The notes beneath the pieces are model-generated. The model saw only the letters and a program-made list of their open reading frames with translations, did no database searches and was not told the origin of the DNA. This document shows positions 25,030 through 37,990 of a stretch of 64,000 bases of DNA, one piece after another; positions within the stretch are counted from its first letter, which is position 1, and the number at the start of each line of letters is the position of its first letter. The DNA comes from Vicugna vicugna (taxonomy: Eukaryota): assembly GCA_013265495.1 (NCBI GenBank), contig MU058636.1, positions 9,750,176-9,814,175 on the forward strand, written 5' to 3'. The position numbers and the translations under genes are program-made.

Positions 25030-25930
25030 GAGCAAAATGGTGAGCCAGGACGCTCCAAACTCCGCATTCCTCCGTAACGTCATCAACAAAGAAAGAAACA
25101 AAAACCACAAACCCACACTTGCCAGAATGGAAACAGACTTGGCTCTGAGTGTGGCGACTCAGTTCCCAGCTTCTCTCTCTAAGCCAGAGGGAGAGAGCAG
25201 AACTTACTTGCAAATTATCGTGCGCATCTGTTCTAGCTTGGCTGGGGACCCCTGAAGATCCGACTGGCTGTCTCTCTCGTGACTCAGAACATATGCAGGA
25301 AAGTTGGAGCGCTGCTTGTAACAGCTGCAAGGGGGTCACACCCTGAACACACCCCCAGAAACCCGCGGCAGTGAACGCCCACTGGAGACATGCCACTGAG
25401 TATCCAAGGTGCGGAGGAGAAAGCGAGGTGAGGCTCTTTGGGAAACGAAGAGATTCAAGAGCAGCCATTTGTGTAGTGGAATTTAGAAAGCCACGTGCAT
25501 AACCAGGTAAGACGTGTTCAGGAAAAAACTAAGAAGACCTTAAGCTTTCACCTCAAGCTGATTCCTAGTGTCAAAGTAAACTAAGTGGCAGGAGTTCCCC
25601 CCGCCCCAGCACAGAGTCAGTCTACAAGACTAGGAGTGGTAACCGCACTGCCCCTCTTTCTTTTTCTCTGTGATTTTTGTTTATCCGTTTCAGCTCCTGG
25701 CATTCAAGGACATGTCTATCAAAATATTAGCAGAACACAAGCTTAAAGGAGACTTTGGTGAGCATCCATGTTAAGGAATACACTTTGAGAAAATGGTTTG
25801 GAAAAGTCTCAAAACGAATGAACTACCACAGCCTTCAGCAATCAAGCAAACAATAAAAAATCAAATTCTGGGGAAGGGGGGAAGTCTGATTCCCAGACTT
25901 ACCACATTATAATCATCAAGTGCCCGGTTT
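25030..25930 (+). mobile_element. L1M-type 5' UTR / 5' end
   Basis: caaaatggtgag...gctccaaa start; ggaatttagaaagccacgtgcat, taagctttcacctcaagctgattcctag and gtctgattcccagacttaccacattata resemble L1M2/L1M3 5' ends. Confidence 0.6.
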
Positions 25931-25934
25931 TACT

Positions 25935-27603
25935 GTATCTCTAAAGACAGAATTAGGTTGGAAGGGAAAGGATGAAAAAGATATTTCGTGCACATAATAA
26001 CTAAAAGAGATTTGGGGTGGCTATACTAGTATTCGGTAAAATAGACTTTAAGTCAAAAACTATTACAAGAGACAAAGAAGGGTATTATATGTTAATAAAA
26101 ATACCAATTCATCAAGAAGATATAACAATTATAAACATATACACACAAAACATCAGAGCTGCAAAATATACCGTGCAAACACTGACAAAAGTGAAGGGAA
26201 ACATAAATAGCTATAAGATAATAGTAGGAGATTTTAATATCCCCACTGTCCATAATGAATAGAATGACCAGACAGAAGATCAATAAGGAGACCGTGGGCT
26301 TGAACAACTGTAGACCAGCTGGAGCTATCAGACATGCACAGAACACTCTACCCAGCAACAGACTACACATTTTCCTCAATTGGACATGGAACAGTCTCCA
26401 GGGCAGATGCTATGCTAGACCACAAAACAAATCTTATTAAATTTAAAAAGATTGAAACCATATAAAGTTTATTTTCTGATCATATGGGGATGAAGCTGGA
26501 AATCAATAACAGAAGGAAAACTGGAAAATCCACAAATATGTGCAAATTAAACAACATACTCTTAAAAACTGTTACGTAACCAGTGGGTCAAAGAAGAACT
26601 CACAAGGGAGATTAGAAAATACTTTGAGACAAATGAAAAAGAAAAGAAAAACGTAACATACCAAAACTTACAAGATGCAGAAAAGTGATGCCAAGAGGGA
26701 CATTTATGGCTATAAATGCTTACATTCAACAAAGAAAACTCTGAAATCAATAACCCAACTTACTCTTTAAGGAACTAGAAAAAGAAAAGTAAACTGAACC
26801 AAAGAAAATAATAAAAATTAGAACAGAGATAAACAAAACAGAGAATAGGAAAACAGTAGAGAAAAATCAATGAAACCAAAATTTGATTCTCTGACAAGAT
26901 CAACAGCACTGACAAACTGTAGGTAGACTGACTAAGAAAAAGGGGAGGAGACTCAAAGAGCTAAAATCAGAAATCAAGTGGGGCATTATGACGGATTTTA
27001 CAGAAATAAAAACTATTTTATAAGAGAATATCATGAACACTTGTATGCCAACAAATTGGATAACCTAAATGAAACGGACAAACTCCTAGAAACACACCAA
27101 ATCTACCAGAACTGAAGCACAAATAAATAGGGAATGCAAGTAGATTTATACCTCGTATGAAGATTAATCCATCATCAAAACCTTCTAACAAAGAAAAGTC
27201 ATGGGCCACATCGCTTCACTGGAGAATCCTACCAACCATTTTAAGAAAAATGCACACCAATCCTCAACTCTTCCAAAAAATTGAAGAAGAAAGAACATTT
27301 CCTAACTCATGCTATGAAAGCAGCGTTACCTTGATAGCAAACCCAGCAAAGAGGCTATAAGAAAACTACAGGCTAGTATTCTTTAGGAATATGGATGCAA
27401 ACATCCTCAAGAAAATACTAGCAAACTGAATTTAACAGTATATTAAAAAGATTATATACCATGGCCAAGTGAGATTTATTCCTAGAATGCAAAGATAATT
27501 CACTATACAAAAATTAATCAATGTAACACACCGCATTAACAGAATGAAGGAGAATCCCCTACGTGATCATCTCAGTGGATGCAGAAAAAGCATTTGACAA
27601 AAT
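25935..27603 (+). mobile_element. Decayed L1 ORF2: APE endonuclease to start of reverse transcriptase
   Basis: Frameshifted fragments AILVFGKIDFKSKTITRDKEGYY..IHQEDITIINIY..IIVGDFN (endonuclease), LFQKIEEERTFPNSCYE and IISVDAEKAFDKI (RT). Confidence 0.95.
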
Positions 27604-27609
27604 AACAAT

Positions 27610-27860
27610 TACGGCTTCTCTATTTGGGATGTGCCACGTGCCAAGCTGTATAATCAGGCATTTCATTTGGAAAGGTTTGAACCCTCAAGGCAACATCCTA
27701 AAATATGTAATATTATGTTATCACATCCTTTGTACGTCTGAAGATACTGAGGCTCAAGCTTCAAAAATGAGTAATTTGTCAAAATCATATGTATAGTGAA
27801 AAGTGGAGCCAGTCTGTATGTCCCTAGATTTCCAGATTACAAAACCTAGGACATTTCTAC
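27610..27860 (-). mobile_element. MIR SINE
   Basis: cacgtgccaagc...tctgaagatactgaggctca...gagtaatttgtcaaaatca. Confidence 0.65.
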
Positions 27861-30800
27861 TGTGTATTGTGGCTTTTGCTTCTGTTTATTTGTTTGATCA
27901 AACTTTTTAATTGAGGGAGATCAAAATGAAGTTACCAAGAGCTGATTTGAGAAAGCCACTACCCAACTGGTGGACGTAATAAAATGGGCTTTGGTGTCTT
28001 CACCCCTGTCCCCATCCCCGCTGGTAATAAGGTGCTATGATTTTGATCGTATATTAACTCTCATTGCTGGAAAAGGGGTCTGGCCTGTCTCACTTCCAAA
28101 CTGAGTTTGGCCGGCTGGATGTTGTCCCTTCACTTTCCACGGTCTCCCTAGGGAAAGAACGTCCACGTGGAACCAATGGCCCAATGATAGAGCAGCACCC
28201 GCCGTGGCAGCAGAAAACCAAAAGGAAGCTCATAAATCAGAGAGCTGGGATCAATTTGGTTTTGACTCAGAGTCATACTGTGTCTCTCTTGGGGAAAAAT
28301 GAAGTCTCTCTAAGAGATTGGTGCCAGCTCACTGCACTGCAGTTATAAATAAAAGTCAGAATTAGTTTCCAATTTTTTAATGAGTTTTAATAGGTATATT
28401 GTTTAGCTTCCTGACAAACTGATGAACTGCAGACCTGCTAAATTGCAAAAATGCCTGTGACATTTGTTTACTTGGACTATTATAAGAAAAGAGATCATTC
28501 GTGATTATATCCTTTGTGCAGTGAAACCCAAAAGTCTGCTTCTGCAGGCTTCGGAATGTGTACATTTTCAACTTTGAAAATCACTTTCTGACAATTACCT
28601 TGCTTTTGCACCGCAGCTGGGGAGGTGGGGTACCTCACCAGGCCAGATGTTCCCGCTCCATAAGTGACATTTCCAGACTAGGACATGAAGAGCAGACGAG
28701 GACCCAGTTTTTGTGACACAGTCTGAGGTGAAGGGGCGTCCGCTTAACCTAAAAGCCTGAGTTTTTCTCAGACTTAGAGATTGGGGATTTCTGGAGCAGC
28801 GGTGCTGTCACGTGAGCTGCTTTTTACTGGAATTACCCACAGAAGCAACCCCATGTTTTTGTTTAGGTTCCATCGACTACCCTCTGCTCTGTGATAGTTT
28901 TCACAACACCCCTTCTCTGTCACTGGCCATGTGCCTAGAGTGACAATGACAGGACACACACTTAATCAAGCAACTGAAACCCTTAAACGCTACATGCAAA
29001 ACCAATGCTGGATGCTCTAAGAAGTTATATGATGCTTTAATATTGTACAACATGTCAGTTTCATTATTCCAACTGGAGTTGTCGTCCATGAACCCGGTCT
29101 ATGAAAGGTAAAGCCAACCTCCCTCAAGAAAATGGAAGCTTAAAAACTAAGAGGAAAAAAAAAAAAGAAGAAGAAGAAGAAGAAACCTTTCATTTACACT
29201 TCACACCAGGTCAGGTGATTTCTGTTATCTTCTCTATCTTGAATGCTGTAACCACGGGAAATAGAGTGGCGTTAAGCAAGAATTTTCCTATCTCTGAGAA
29301 GATCTGCTTATTAAGTTCTCCAGAAGCGGTCCTCCCTCCTAGCCAAAATGACAGGCTGGTGGATCCCGTGCCAGGGGGTGTGGGCAGCTTATCGGGCGCT
29401 GATCTCTGAAGGTGGAGGATACAAGTAGGTCACAGGCAAAGGGACTGGTGGCGTCCTTTCAGTCCTGCCTTCCCAGGTTGAGGTAGTTGGGGTTTTTAAG
29501 AAAACATCTGGTGTGGAGGTGGCAGAGGGAAATTAGCAGGTCCGGGACACCTGGGGACCAAGTGGCCCTGATAAGCAAGGCTTAGGAGGAGAAAACCCAC
29601 TCAAGCTAATTAGAGCCTGTCATACCATCCCCTTCGTGCCAAAATATTTACTAAACCCTTAAACAAAAGACTGGCAAATCCCCAAAGATCAACTCCGCCC
29701 TGTTGGGTTTGTCGAAATCCATCCCACCCTTGTGGATCTCAGGGGCTGTCTTCCCTGCCTGGGGTCCATGCACTGCCTGTCTGTACCTCTGACTTCTGGC
29801 CATTAGTTAAGTCTGCTGTCAGCAGTCACTTTTGCTCTAGTTCAAATCTGGAAATTTCTTCCCTTTATTTTTTGTTTTCCCTTCTGCAACCGACTGCACA
29901 CCCCCCTGTAGAAGAACATCTCGGTAGAGTTAGAAGTAAACTGCTGCTTCAGAACAGTGGCCGCCTCGAAGAGGAATGTGGCCTTCGGCTTGAATCACTG
30001 TCGTGTCTGAAAATAGCAGAGACGCCCCTCACTGAGCTGGTGACACACAGACTCCTGGGGGATGAATAAGCGTACCCACCGTCCTCTGGGGGAAGGCAAT
30101 AGAGAGCAAGGAGTACAAACGGATCTCAGAATCCCAAAAGGAGTATCACCAACTTCAAAGGACGTTTTCATTGTAAACTGGGGTTTCCTTCCTTGAGCAA
30201 TGCCTCTGCCCTTTTCGTCTCTGTTTCTGAAGCCTGAGTTTGCCCTCGTTCACACCGTCTATTAAAAAGGCTGCTACAGGGGAACATTCACGCTCCACGG
30301 AGCTCTCTTTAAGGGGTTCGGCTGCTGCCAGGCTAGAAGTGAAGACAGTCCAGCATCAGGACCTCCAGGAAGAGTTGTGAACCCCATCACCCCAGTGAAG
30401 ACACTTCCCCTTCACTTCCCAACGATAAATCCACTTTTGCATTATGTGATTTAGATTTTCAGGTGATTCCATAGGCAGCCATTTCTCCGTTGCAAGTGTA
30501 GGGTACTCTTACTAGCAACATGCTATTTTCAATAAATGGTAAAATAAAAGCAAGAACCATTCAATTGGAATGATAAACAAAGTACATAACTTGACTTTTT
30601 TCCTAGTTCCTACCAACCTGTCTTCCCCTCTTCTCCGTTAGACTGTGTGCATAAACACAGATAGAGGGCAAGTGTCCTGTGTTTCAGAACCAGAGTGTTT
30701 TTGATGATAACAGAGCACAGAGCCCTGGGGTGGAAAATCTTAGCAGCAGTTAAAGATTAACAAGATGAGCAGACATGCCCATCAGTGTCTTTGGAGAATG

Positions 30801-31059
30801 GCTGAATTAAGTAATGCAAAGCCAAGGGTGAGGTCTATGAACCTCCTAGTCTCGCGCTCCAAACTTGCTGACTCAGCAGGTATTGCTCCAAGTTGCCTGG
30901 AGCTGGGCGGACCCTTCACAGGGTCAGGGAGCAAAGGAGGCTCAAAGGTGGAAGGCACATTATAGATCATGATGGCCAGTTTCCTTAATTGACAGGCTAT
31001 TTAACTATGATTGTGTACAAGAGTATTTGCAAGTACTCTACACCTTGTGAGTCATTTTC

Positions 31060-31225
31060 ATACACATTATGTCATTTGTCCCTGAAAATTTGATGTCCAG
31101 ATATTTGTGGTTTTTTTGCAGTGGAGGAAACTGAGTTTTGGAAAGGTTAAGGGACTAGTTCCAAGTCATAAAACTGTGAGTAGTGGGGCTGAGGCTGGGC
31201 TCGGTTTTATACATTCTGTGCTCTT
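31060..31225 (-). mobile_element. MIR SINE
   Basis: gcagtggaggaaactgagttttggaaaggttaagggactagttccaagtca. Confidence 0.75.
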
Positions 31226-31483
31226 GTCACTAGCTTATGTCACCCCACCTACAGCTACAGCAGTACATCCTCCAGCAAACACGTCCTGTGTGCTTTCTGG
31301 TTGCGTATAACACGTAGCTCTGTAATCCGTGTTCCTGCTGCATCTAAGCCGTTAATAAAATGATGCCAATTAATTGGAATAAACTTTACCCCTTGGTCAT
31401 TTTTATTTCATTAGGGAAATAACTACAAGGACTTTTTTTTATTCTGATGTGGAATGTTTTATTATAAATCTTGACACATATTT

Positions 31484-31597
31484 CTTTTTTTTTTTAATTG
31501 AAGTACTGTCAGTTACAATGTGTCAATTTCTGGTGTACGGCACAATGTGTCCCAGTCATGCATATACATACATATATTTATAGTTTTCATATTTTTG
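31484..31597 (-). mobile_element. Young (camelid-type) L1 3' end, ~110 bp
   Basis: Poly(T) then aattgaagtactgtcagttacaatgtgtcaatttctggtgtac...; near-identical to 55380-55470. Confidence 0.85.
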
Positions 31598-31719
31598 GGT
31601 TTTTGGGTCTTTTTTTTCCTGTGCAGGTAAGAAGTCTCATTTCGGCTTCTCTCATGAAGGTAGTACGAATGTACCCGGCAAAGATAACCACAGAATTTCC
31701 TGGGAGTACCTAATCCAAC

Positions 31720-31830
31720 CTTGTCACTTTTAGAGGTGAGAGAATTAACAACAGAGACTTCAAGTAAATTTTCCAAGGCCACACAGCTAGCTAGATGCTG
31801 AGCCAGGACTGAAAACCAAAATGTTGGATT
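31720..31830 (-). mobile_element. MIR SINE fragment
   Basis: ttttagaggtgagagaattaa...ccaaggccacacagctag...gagccaggactgaaaacca. Confidence 0.7.
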
Positions 31831-32531
31831 GATTTCTCCTAGAAAATGAATTTTAGTTTATTTCTCCTAGAAAATGAATGGTTTTTAGCCAAGAGTAATT
31901 TGACTCTTTCATATTAACCCTTCTTTTTTCCAAGACAGCTTTTACAAAGGGATAGGATCAAAGGGACACTTTTAGGTTTCAGGTTATGTATATATAACAC
32001 ATATAGATCCCGGATACGAGCATACGAGAAAATGAACAATTAAGCACATTCATCTGAAAAAAAAAGATGAGAAAAACTAGGAGCATTTCTGTTCTCGGTT
32101 ATATTTGTCCTTCCTAATCAAAACCATGTGAGAAGCTAGAAAAGAACCCAGAGCCCAGCGTGATTGCCAAAGACGAGGAAGGGACTGGAGAAAAGGAAAA
32201 CCGAGGGACCCGGGAGCAGAGACGCGATGCTGTTTCCAGCATTTCAGAGCACAGTCACACTTCCAGCTCTTCATCAGATAAGAGCGTTTTGCGCACTTTG
32301 GGCCAATTTACACTGCACAGGAAAGCCTGCAGCTCAGCTTTCAGCCCACCACTTCCTGTGGGAGGGAGCGAAATGGGCTCAGCCCTTCCATTCCTTTCAC
32401 CAACAGGCTTCCAAGTCCAAGGAAGAACCTCACTGCTCAGCCTGCCCTTTGGGGGGAAGCGTCCGCAGTCAATTTCTGATGGTCATCAGAAAAATTTTGT
32501 CCATTTCTCGGGTGTCCTTCTTCCCTTCTTC

Positions 32532-32555
32532 TGTGTGTGTGTGTGTGTGTGTGTG
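32532..32555 (+). repeat. (TG)n microsatellite
   Basis: Directly visible. Confidence 0.95.
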
Positions 32556-35139
32556 AACGCTGAACCTTCTTTTGGCTCAGGGCACTCCAATTACTCACTA
32601 TTCATGGAAGTTAATTCTTTGCAGTTGTGATTGTAAGTTTCCTTTTTCCATGACAATTCAAGCAACATTAGGTCCCGGAAAGGGCCTTCTAACCCTTCGG
32701 AGTTGACCTCCATTCCACCCCTCCACTACCAGTCCCCCTTCAGCAGGGTTCCAGAACCTTGCCCTGGGGCACAGAGAGACACGTATTGTTTCTTTACAAT
32801 AAGACCTCCTCCCTGGGGGGGGGGGAAGTTCCTCGTGAGGCCGCATGCTGAGATTCAGTCTTTTGGATTTTCATTCTTAGATCAGCTTCTCAGGAGGCCA
32901 AATGGCAAAGACAGATACATGATATGGGCTCATATCATTTGTTTGGAAACAGTGTTCAAAAATTTTTGTCCATGATCATCTTCAAACGTCTTCCCAGGAG
33001 TCCTCTTCCCTCTTTCTGCTCCCCTCCGTCCTGATCACCCCTATGCTGTTAATAAGATCCTGCACTTTGTTCCCCAGGTGCCACCACTACCAAGCAACTG
33101 TTAAGAAATTCTGCCCTCCTAGTCTCCCTCTTGGTGTCCCAGCAGGTGTGATGTGGAACGGGAAGAAGGCGCAGCTGGCTTATCTTGTTCAAACCCCTGT
33201 CCCCGGAGCGCTGCTTTTCTGGTCTGGCTCCCCCTGGAGGGTTTTCCCCGTGGGCTCCTGCCCCTCAGCCCAGCCTGAATCTACTCATGGGAAAAATACT
33301 GTTGAACTGGAAGGTTCTTTAAGTCCAGGGAGAGCCCCCAGAGTCTGGTCTCCCTGCAGTAAGGGCGTTCATCTGGGAGCCGAGTCTAGGCTGGCACTCT
33401 TGAGTACAGGAAGCAAGATAGTGACTTGTCATCCAGGGATTGAGCCCCATGAGATGAAATGACATGCCCCCCATCCACACAGTTAGTGCAAAACTACTCA
33501 GATCTAAGTTTCAACTCAGTTTTCTTTCCAGCATCCCAGTGCAGGCAGAACGAAGCATCGGGGACCATCGGCAGACGGTCAGCTGAGAACGCTTCCTGCT
33601 CAGAGGACTTGATGTTCTGGGTTTTGATTACATTTCTTACTGAGTAGAAGGAATTATTTATTTTCACTAGGAAATCGGAAGGAGTAGAAGACCAGAAACC
33701 CTGGGTGGGGACTGTATAATTTATAGAGAAGTCCATGGAGGGCAGTGCAGAGGGAAAAAGAATGACTGATGGGACCAGAGGTTCAAGAAATGGAAGGCAC
33801 CTGAAGCTCTTCACAAATGTCAGATTCTTGGATATTTTAAAGACACTCTTGCTCAGTGTTTTCAACATTTTGCAACCCATATTCTCACCCAATGCCTTTT
33901 AAATGAAGCCTCTATGAAGATTTTGAGTAATTTCACTTCATGTATTTGGGATCATGAAACTAGGCACCCTTATGGACTCTCAGGAGTCCCCAGGGCGACT
34001 GGGTACTTCCCCTCCCCACGTCCACTGAGATTGCCTTTAGCACAACCCCACAGATGAAGAAAATGTCAAGCGATGACCTGCCTAAGATCGGAGAGCTGGT
34101 TAGCTGCCTGCCCAAGATAAGAACATGTGTTTCCTGTCTTCTAGTCGAGAGCTTTATCCTCTATGATGTCCTGTGTCCCAAGAGTTCAAGTGTATCAAGA
34201 ATGTGAGATGGACTTAGAGTTTTCAATTCTTCAAATTCTTTAAAGTGCTCAAAATATTTCCTTGAGGAGAGTTATTCTAGGCATCTTCTGGGAAACGAGC
34301 ACATGGTATATCCATTATCCAAATGGCTCTTTAGTGAGAGAGAGAAACATTGATGTCAGAAGCAGAGAAGAGAGCCCCAGCCAAAGTCTCGATCTGCCTC
34401 TGAACAAAAGGGAGGGGAATGAATGGGAATGAGGGTCCCAGGAAAGAAGGCACCAGTGACCACTTGAATTTGGCATCCTCAAACCCGATGCACGCATAGC
34501 CCAAAGCAGTGCAAGTCCTCATTCCTAGACTTAAGTTTTTAAGAATAAAACTAATCAGCCAAGAGAAATGAGAATTATTAAATGCTTGGAAGTGCCTCAG
34601 GAATCTCTAGAAATTCAGCAACACTCTGTAATTAATACATATGGGATTTTTTTTTTTTAAAGAAAGGAAAAGTGCAGCTGTACTGTGGACTCACAAAGGA
34701 AGGTGGAGGATTTCATCTTGAAAGATACAAAGTGATCACTCTCTGAGAATATGAAAGCAGGTGGACTCACACTGGAACAAGCCTGAGAACTGCAAGGGAC
34801 AGGAAAGGACAGCAGTCCCTGGAAGGAATGCGTGGGCAGGAGGATTATCAGAACTTTCAAGGCTTTTATAAAAGGACTGAAAAGAAAAGAAACAGGAGGC
34901 CCATTAGCAAGTCAGAGGAAAGATGAATTTAATGATGAACACGACATTATGGAGATAATGAACTACATCGTTAAATTCATCTTTAAAAAGAAGAAAGAAA
35001 ATATGTCCCCAGGAAGCTTCTGTGTTGGCAGGGGGAGTGGCGATGAGGGTAAAAATCTGAATCTTTTTAAAATTAGCCACTGGTAAACAAGCAAATTTTA
35101 AAAGCAAATGAATTCAAAAAGCAAGCAAAACTCATCAAT

Positions 35140-35335
35140 GATGGGAGAAGTTCAGAGAGGGATAACCTTGGAAAAGGGGGACAGAAGGCTTCTGGGATGC
35201 TGGTGACGTTCTATTTTGATACCTGTGTGGAATTCTGGGGATGGGGGAAACGCTCTTTATGAAAATTCTTTGGCCTTGACCCTGTGACCCATTACTTTTA
35301 TGTACATGTTACACAGGAATAAAAAGTAAAAATAG
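35140..35335 (+). mobile_element. Old L1 (L1ME/MC) 3' UTR fragment
   Basis: ggcttctgggatgctggtgacgttctattttgatacctg...ttttatgtacatgttacac..aataaaaag. Confidence 0.65.
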
Positions 35336-36629
35336 AAATCAAATGAAAAGAGTTTTAAAATAGTAATTATTAAAATTATGGTGATGTGTAAACCAGAATC
35401 AAAGGTGGGAAAGTAAGCTAATGGAGTTATAAAGTAGCACACAGATATTTTCAAAAATCCTTACAGAGCTGAAGATTAATGGAGTAGCAATCAGTCAGGG
35501 TCCAGCCACATTCTACTTTTGCAATGTATTCCTGTACATCTCTATACACGCATTTATGCATTTAAATTTTGTGGTGGATCATTCTCATTAATGGGAATCT
35601 TATATCCTATTTGAAATTAAATCACCACTTTCTAATTTTTCGTTTTTAAAAGCAAATCCAAGTTTCCGTATATATAATTTGTTTAAGTTGAAACGTATCC
35701 AAATTTGCAGAGAGGAATGAAATCGTATAGCCATATGTGACTTTTAAGAAAAAGACTAATCAATCAACCAAAAATAATTTGATTGCTAATTATGTGGCCA
35801 ATCCAACACTAGTTATCAGTGAGGATACAAAGCAGTAAAAGATTTCATTTCTGTTAAGAACTAAGAATGTAGTTGGGGAGAAAAGGCTAATAAATACGAA
35901 TGGCACAGAAATGCTACATTGTTCACTGCTGTCTCTATATAAGTAATAATATGAATGTGATAGTATGAACACATGGCATCTTAAATAAACTGATTTGGAC
36001 TCTCTCTTTTCATATAAATATGTTGAAATAAGAACTACTGTAGAGACCGAAATTTGTACAGACACGATGTTGAAGACTCATTTATTTCGTAGGAATTATC
36101 TAATGGAGATCAAATTAAATGTCATTTTATTAAGCGAGTTGGTTAAAATTTTCTAAGAAATTATTTCCCACAATAAAGTATGCAGTTGTTACTAATGCTC
36201 AACACTCTGTGAAAGCCATAGAATGTTTAAAAATGGGGAAGGGGGAAAAATCAAGAGGGAAAAAAAGGAGAGGAAGAGGAGGAATTAGGGACATCTCTCA
36301 AGTCAAGTGCCAGTACCACTGGGGATCAACTGCCAACATGATACATGGGAAGAAATTGGTCTGGACTAAATGCCAAAAGCAATGTTGAGGTAAGAGTGCA
36401 CACCAACCTGCATTAGAACTGCGAACATGACTTAGCCAGACGTGGCTAAACAAATAACCAGGGTCTACGTCTGTCTCCGCAGCAGGAAAAACTCCCATGT
36501 TGAGCAGGGGAAAAAACAGTCTAGCAGAATGAGCAATAGCTCATCTGAATGTCCACATTTCAGCCTTGTTTCCAACCACATCTGTGAGTGAATCAGAATT
36601 TTCCCTCCGTCGAGCTGACTTCTGGCTGA

Positions 36630-37095
36630 GTGCAACAGGGCTGAACAAGGGCCCCCCAAAATATCTTCGTCCTAATCCCAGGAACCTGTGACTTGCACCT
36701 TATATGGCAAAAGAGACTTCAAAGATGTGATTAACATAAGGTTTTTGTTATGGGAAGAATCAGGGGCCCAGTGCAATCACTATGGTCCTTATAGGAGGGA
36801 GGTGGGAAGGTCAAAGGAGGACCTAGGCGAGAGATGACAATGGAAGCAAGAAGCTGAGCGTCTAAGGAATGGGCTGTGCAGGAACCAGAGGATGTGGGCA
36901 GATTCCAGGAGCCAGAAAAGGCAAGGAAAGGGATCCTCCCCCAGACCCTCGAGACAGAACCAGCCCTGTGGACACCTGGACTTTGGCCCAGTGAAACAGA
37001 TTTCAGATCTCCTGCACGTGAGGGAGTAGATCTGTGTTGTTCTAAACCACCACATTTCTGGTCATTTTTAAAATGGCAGCTTGAGGAAATTATTA
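36630..37095 (+). mobile_element. MaLR solo LTR (MLT1)
   Basis: cgtcctaatcccaggaacctgtgac...tggcaaaagagactt...gccagaaaaggcaaggaaagggatcctcccc...tgttgttctaaaccacc. Confidence 0.9.
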
Positions 37096-37486
37096 CATTG
37101 ACTAAGATATTGGTCCAGTTAGACCTAGTTTTCTCTAGGATGTCTCTCACGTCAGGCATTGGATTGGAAGGTAGCATTTGTAGAATGACAGATAGTTCAC
37201 AGAGAAGCAAGGTTTTCTTTCAGAGTATTTCTTATGTCATTTTCTTTTCTTTTTTTTTTTCCTGCTGTATTTGTGACTTTAGAAGCTCTAAGCTTGAATT
37301 TTAAATCCAGAATGGAGCCCTTGATGTCATCAGCTCTTTGGATTGTTACAGGAACCCACTCACTGAGCCAGTTTCCTGAAATTCCTATCTACCAAGGCCA
37401 TGGCCCACCTCCAGAATGCCTGGGACTGGTGCTCAGACTCTAAGAAAAAAGAAACTGGCCACACGGCTTGAGAACGATTATTACAG

Positions 37487-37545
37487 CACACCTAAAACTA
37501 ATATAATATTGTACATCAACTATATTTCAATTAAAAGAAAAAGAA
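37487..37545 (+). mobile_element. Extremely 5'-truncated L1 tail with TSD
   Basis: acacctaaaactaatataatattgtacatcaactatatttcaat plus A-tail; flanked by agaacgattattaca / agaaagattgttaca. Confidence 0.75.
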
Positions 37546-37900
37546 AGATTGTTACACTTGGAAACACTGTGGAAGATTAAAGCCTCAACTCTGAAGAGTA
37601 GGTCCTAACGTGCTTCTGTTGGGATCCTTCGGCTCAGATGTCTTTTTGGCATGTGTTTTTTTCCCCTATCTACAGCAGCAACAAAAATGTGAGAAGGATA
37701 CTTTCAAAGAAAGGGTTTCTCCATTAGCACATTTTCTTCCCTTACTGAACCATCAGCTCCCTGAGGACAGTCTGTGAATAATTACTCTTTGGCTTCTCAG
37801 CAGCTACTTAGTGCCTGGTGAACAGTTGCTAATGAGACATATTTTCCAAAAAAAAAAAATATATATGAAGGGAAGAAGGAAGAAAGGAAAAAAAGGAAGC

Positions 37901-37990
37901 TTTTTTTTTTTCAAATAGAGGTACTGGGGATTGAACCCAGGACCTCATGCATGTTAAGCATGTGCTCTACCATGAGCTATTACCCTCCCC
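37901..37990 (-). mobile_element. tRNA-Ala-derived SINE (Vic-1-like)
   Basis: Reverse complement reads ggggagggtaatagctcatggtagagcacatgcttaacatgcatgaggtcctgggttcaatccccagtacctc plus poly(A); degenerate TSD aggaagct/agaagct. Confidence 0.9.

Noticed and set aside
24818..25468. Longest ORF (216 aa, minus strand)
   Set aside because: Spans an LTR end and antisense L1 5' UTR-like DNA, with no recognisable protein similarity.
26017..27796. Endonuclease/RT ORFs as an active or domesticated gene
   Set aside because: Many frameshifts and stops; the element is truncated before the YADD motif.
32160..33892. Cluster of 90-156 aa ORFs
   Set aside because: No domain similarity or consistent exon structure; one ORF runs through a (TG)n repeat.
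36731..37304. 142-159 aa ORFs
   Set aside because: Lie within an MLT1 LTR.
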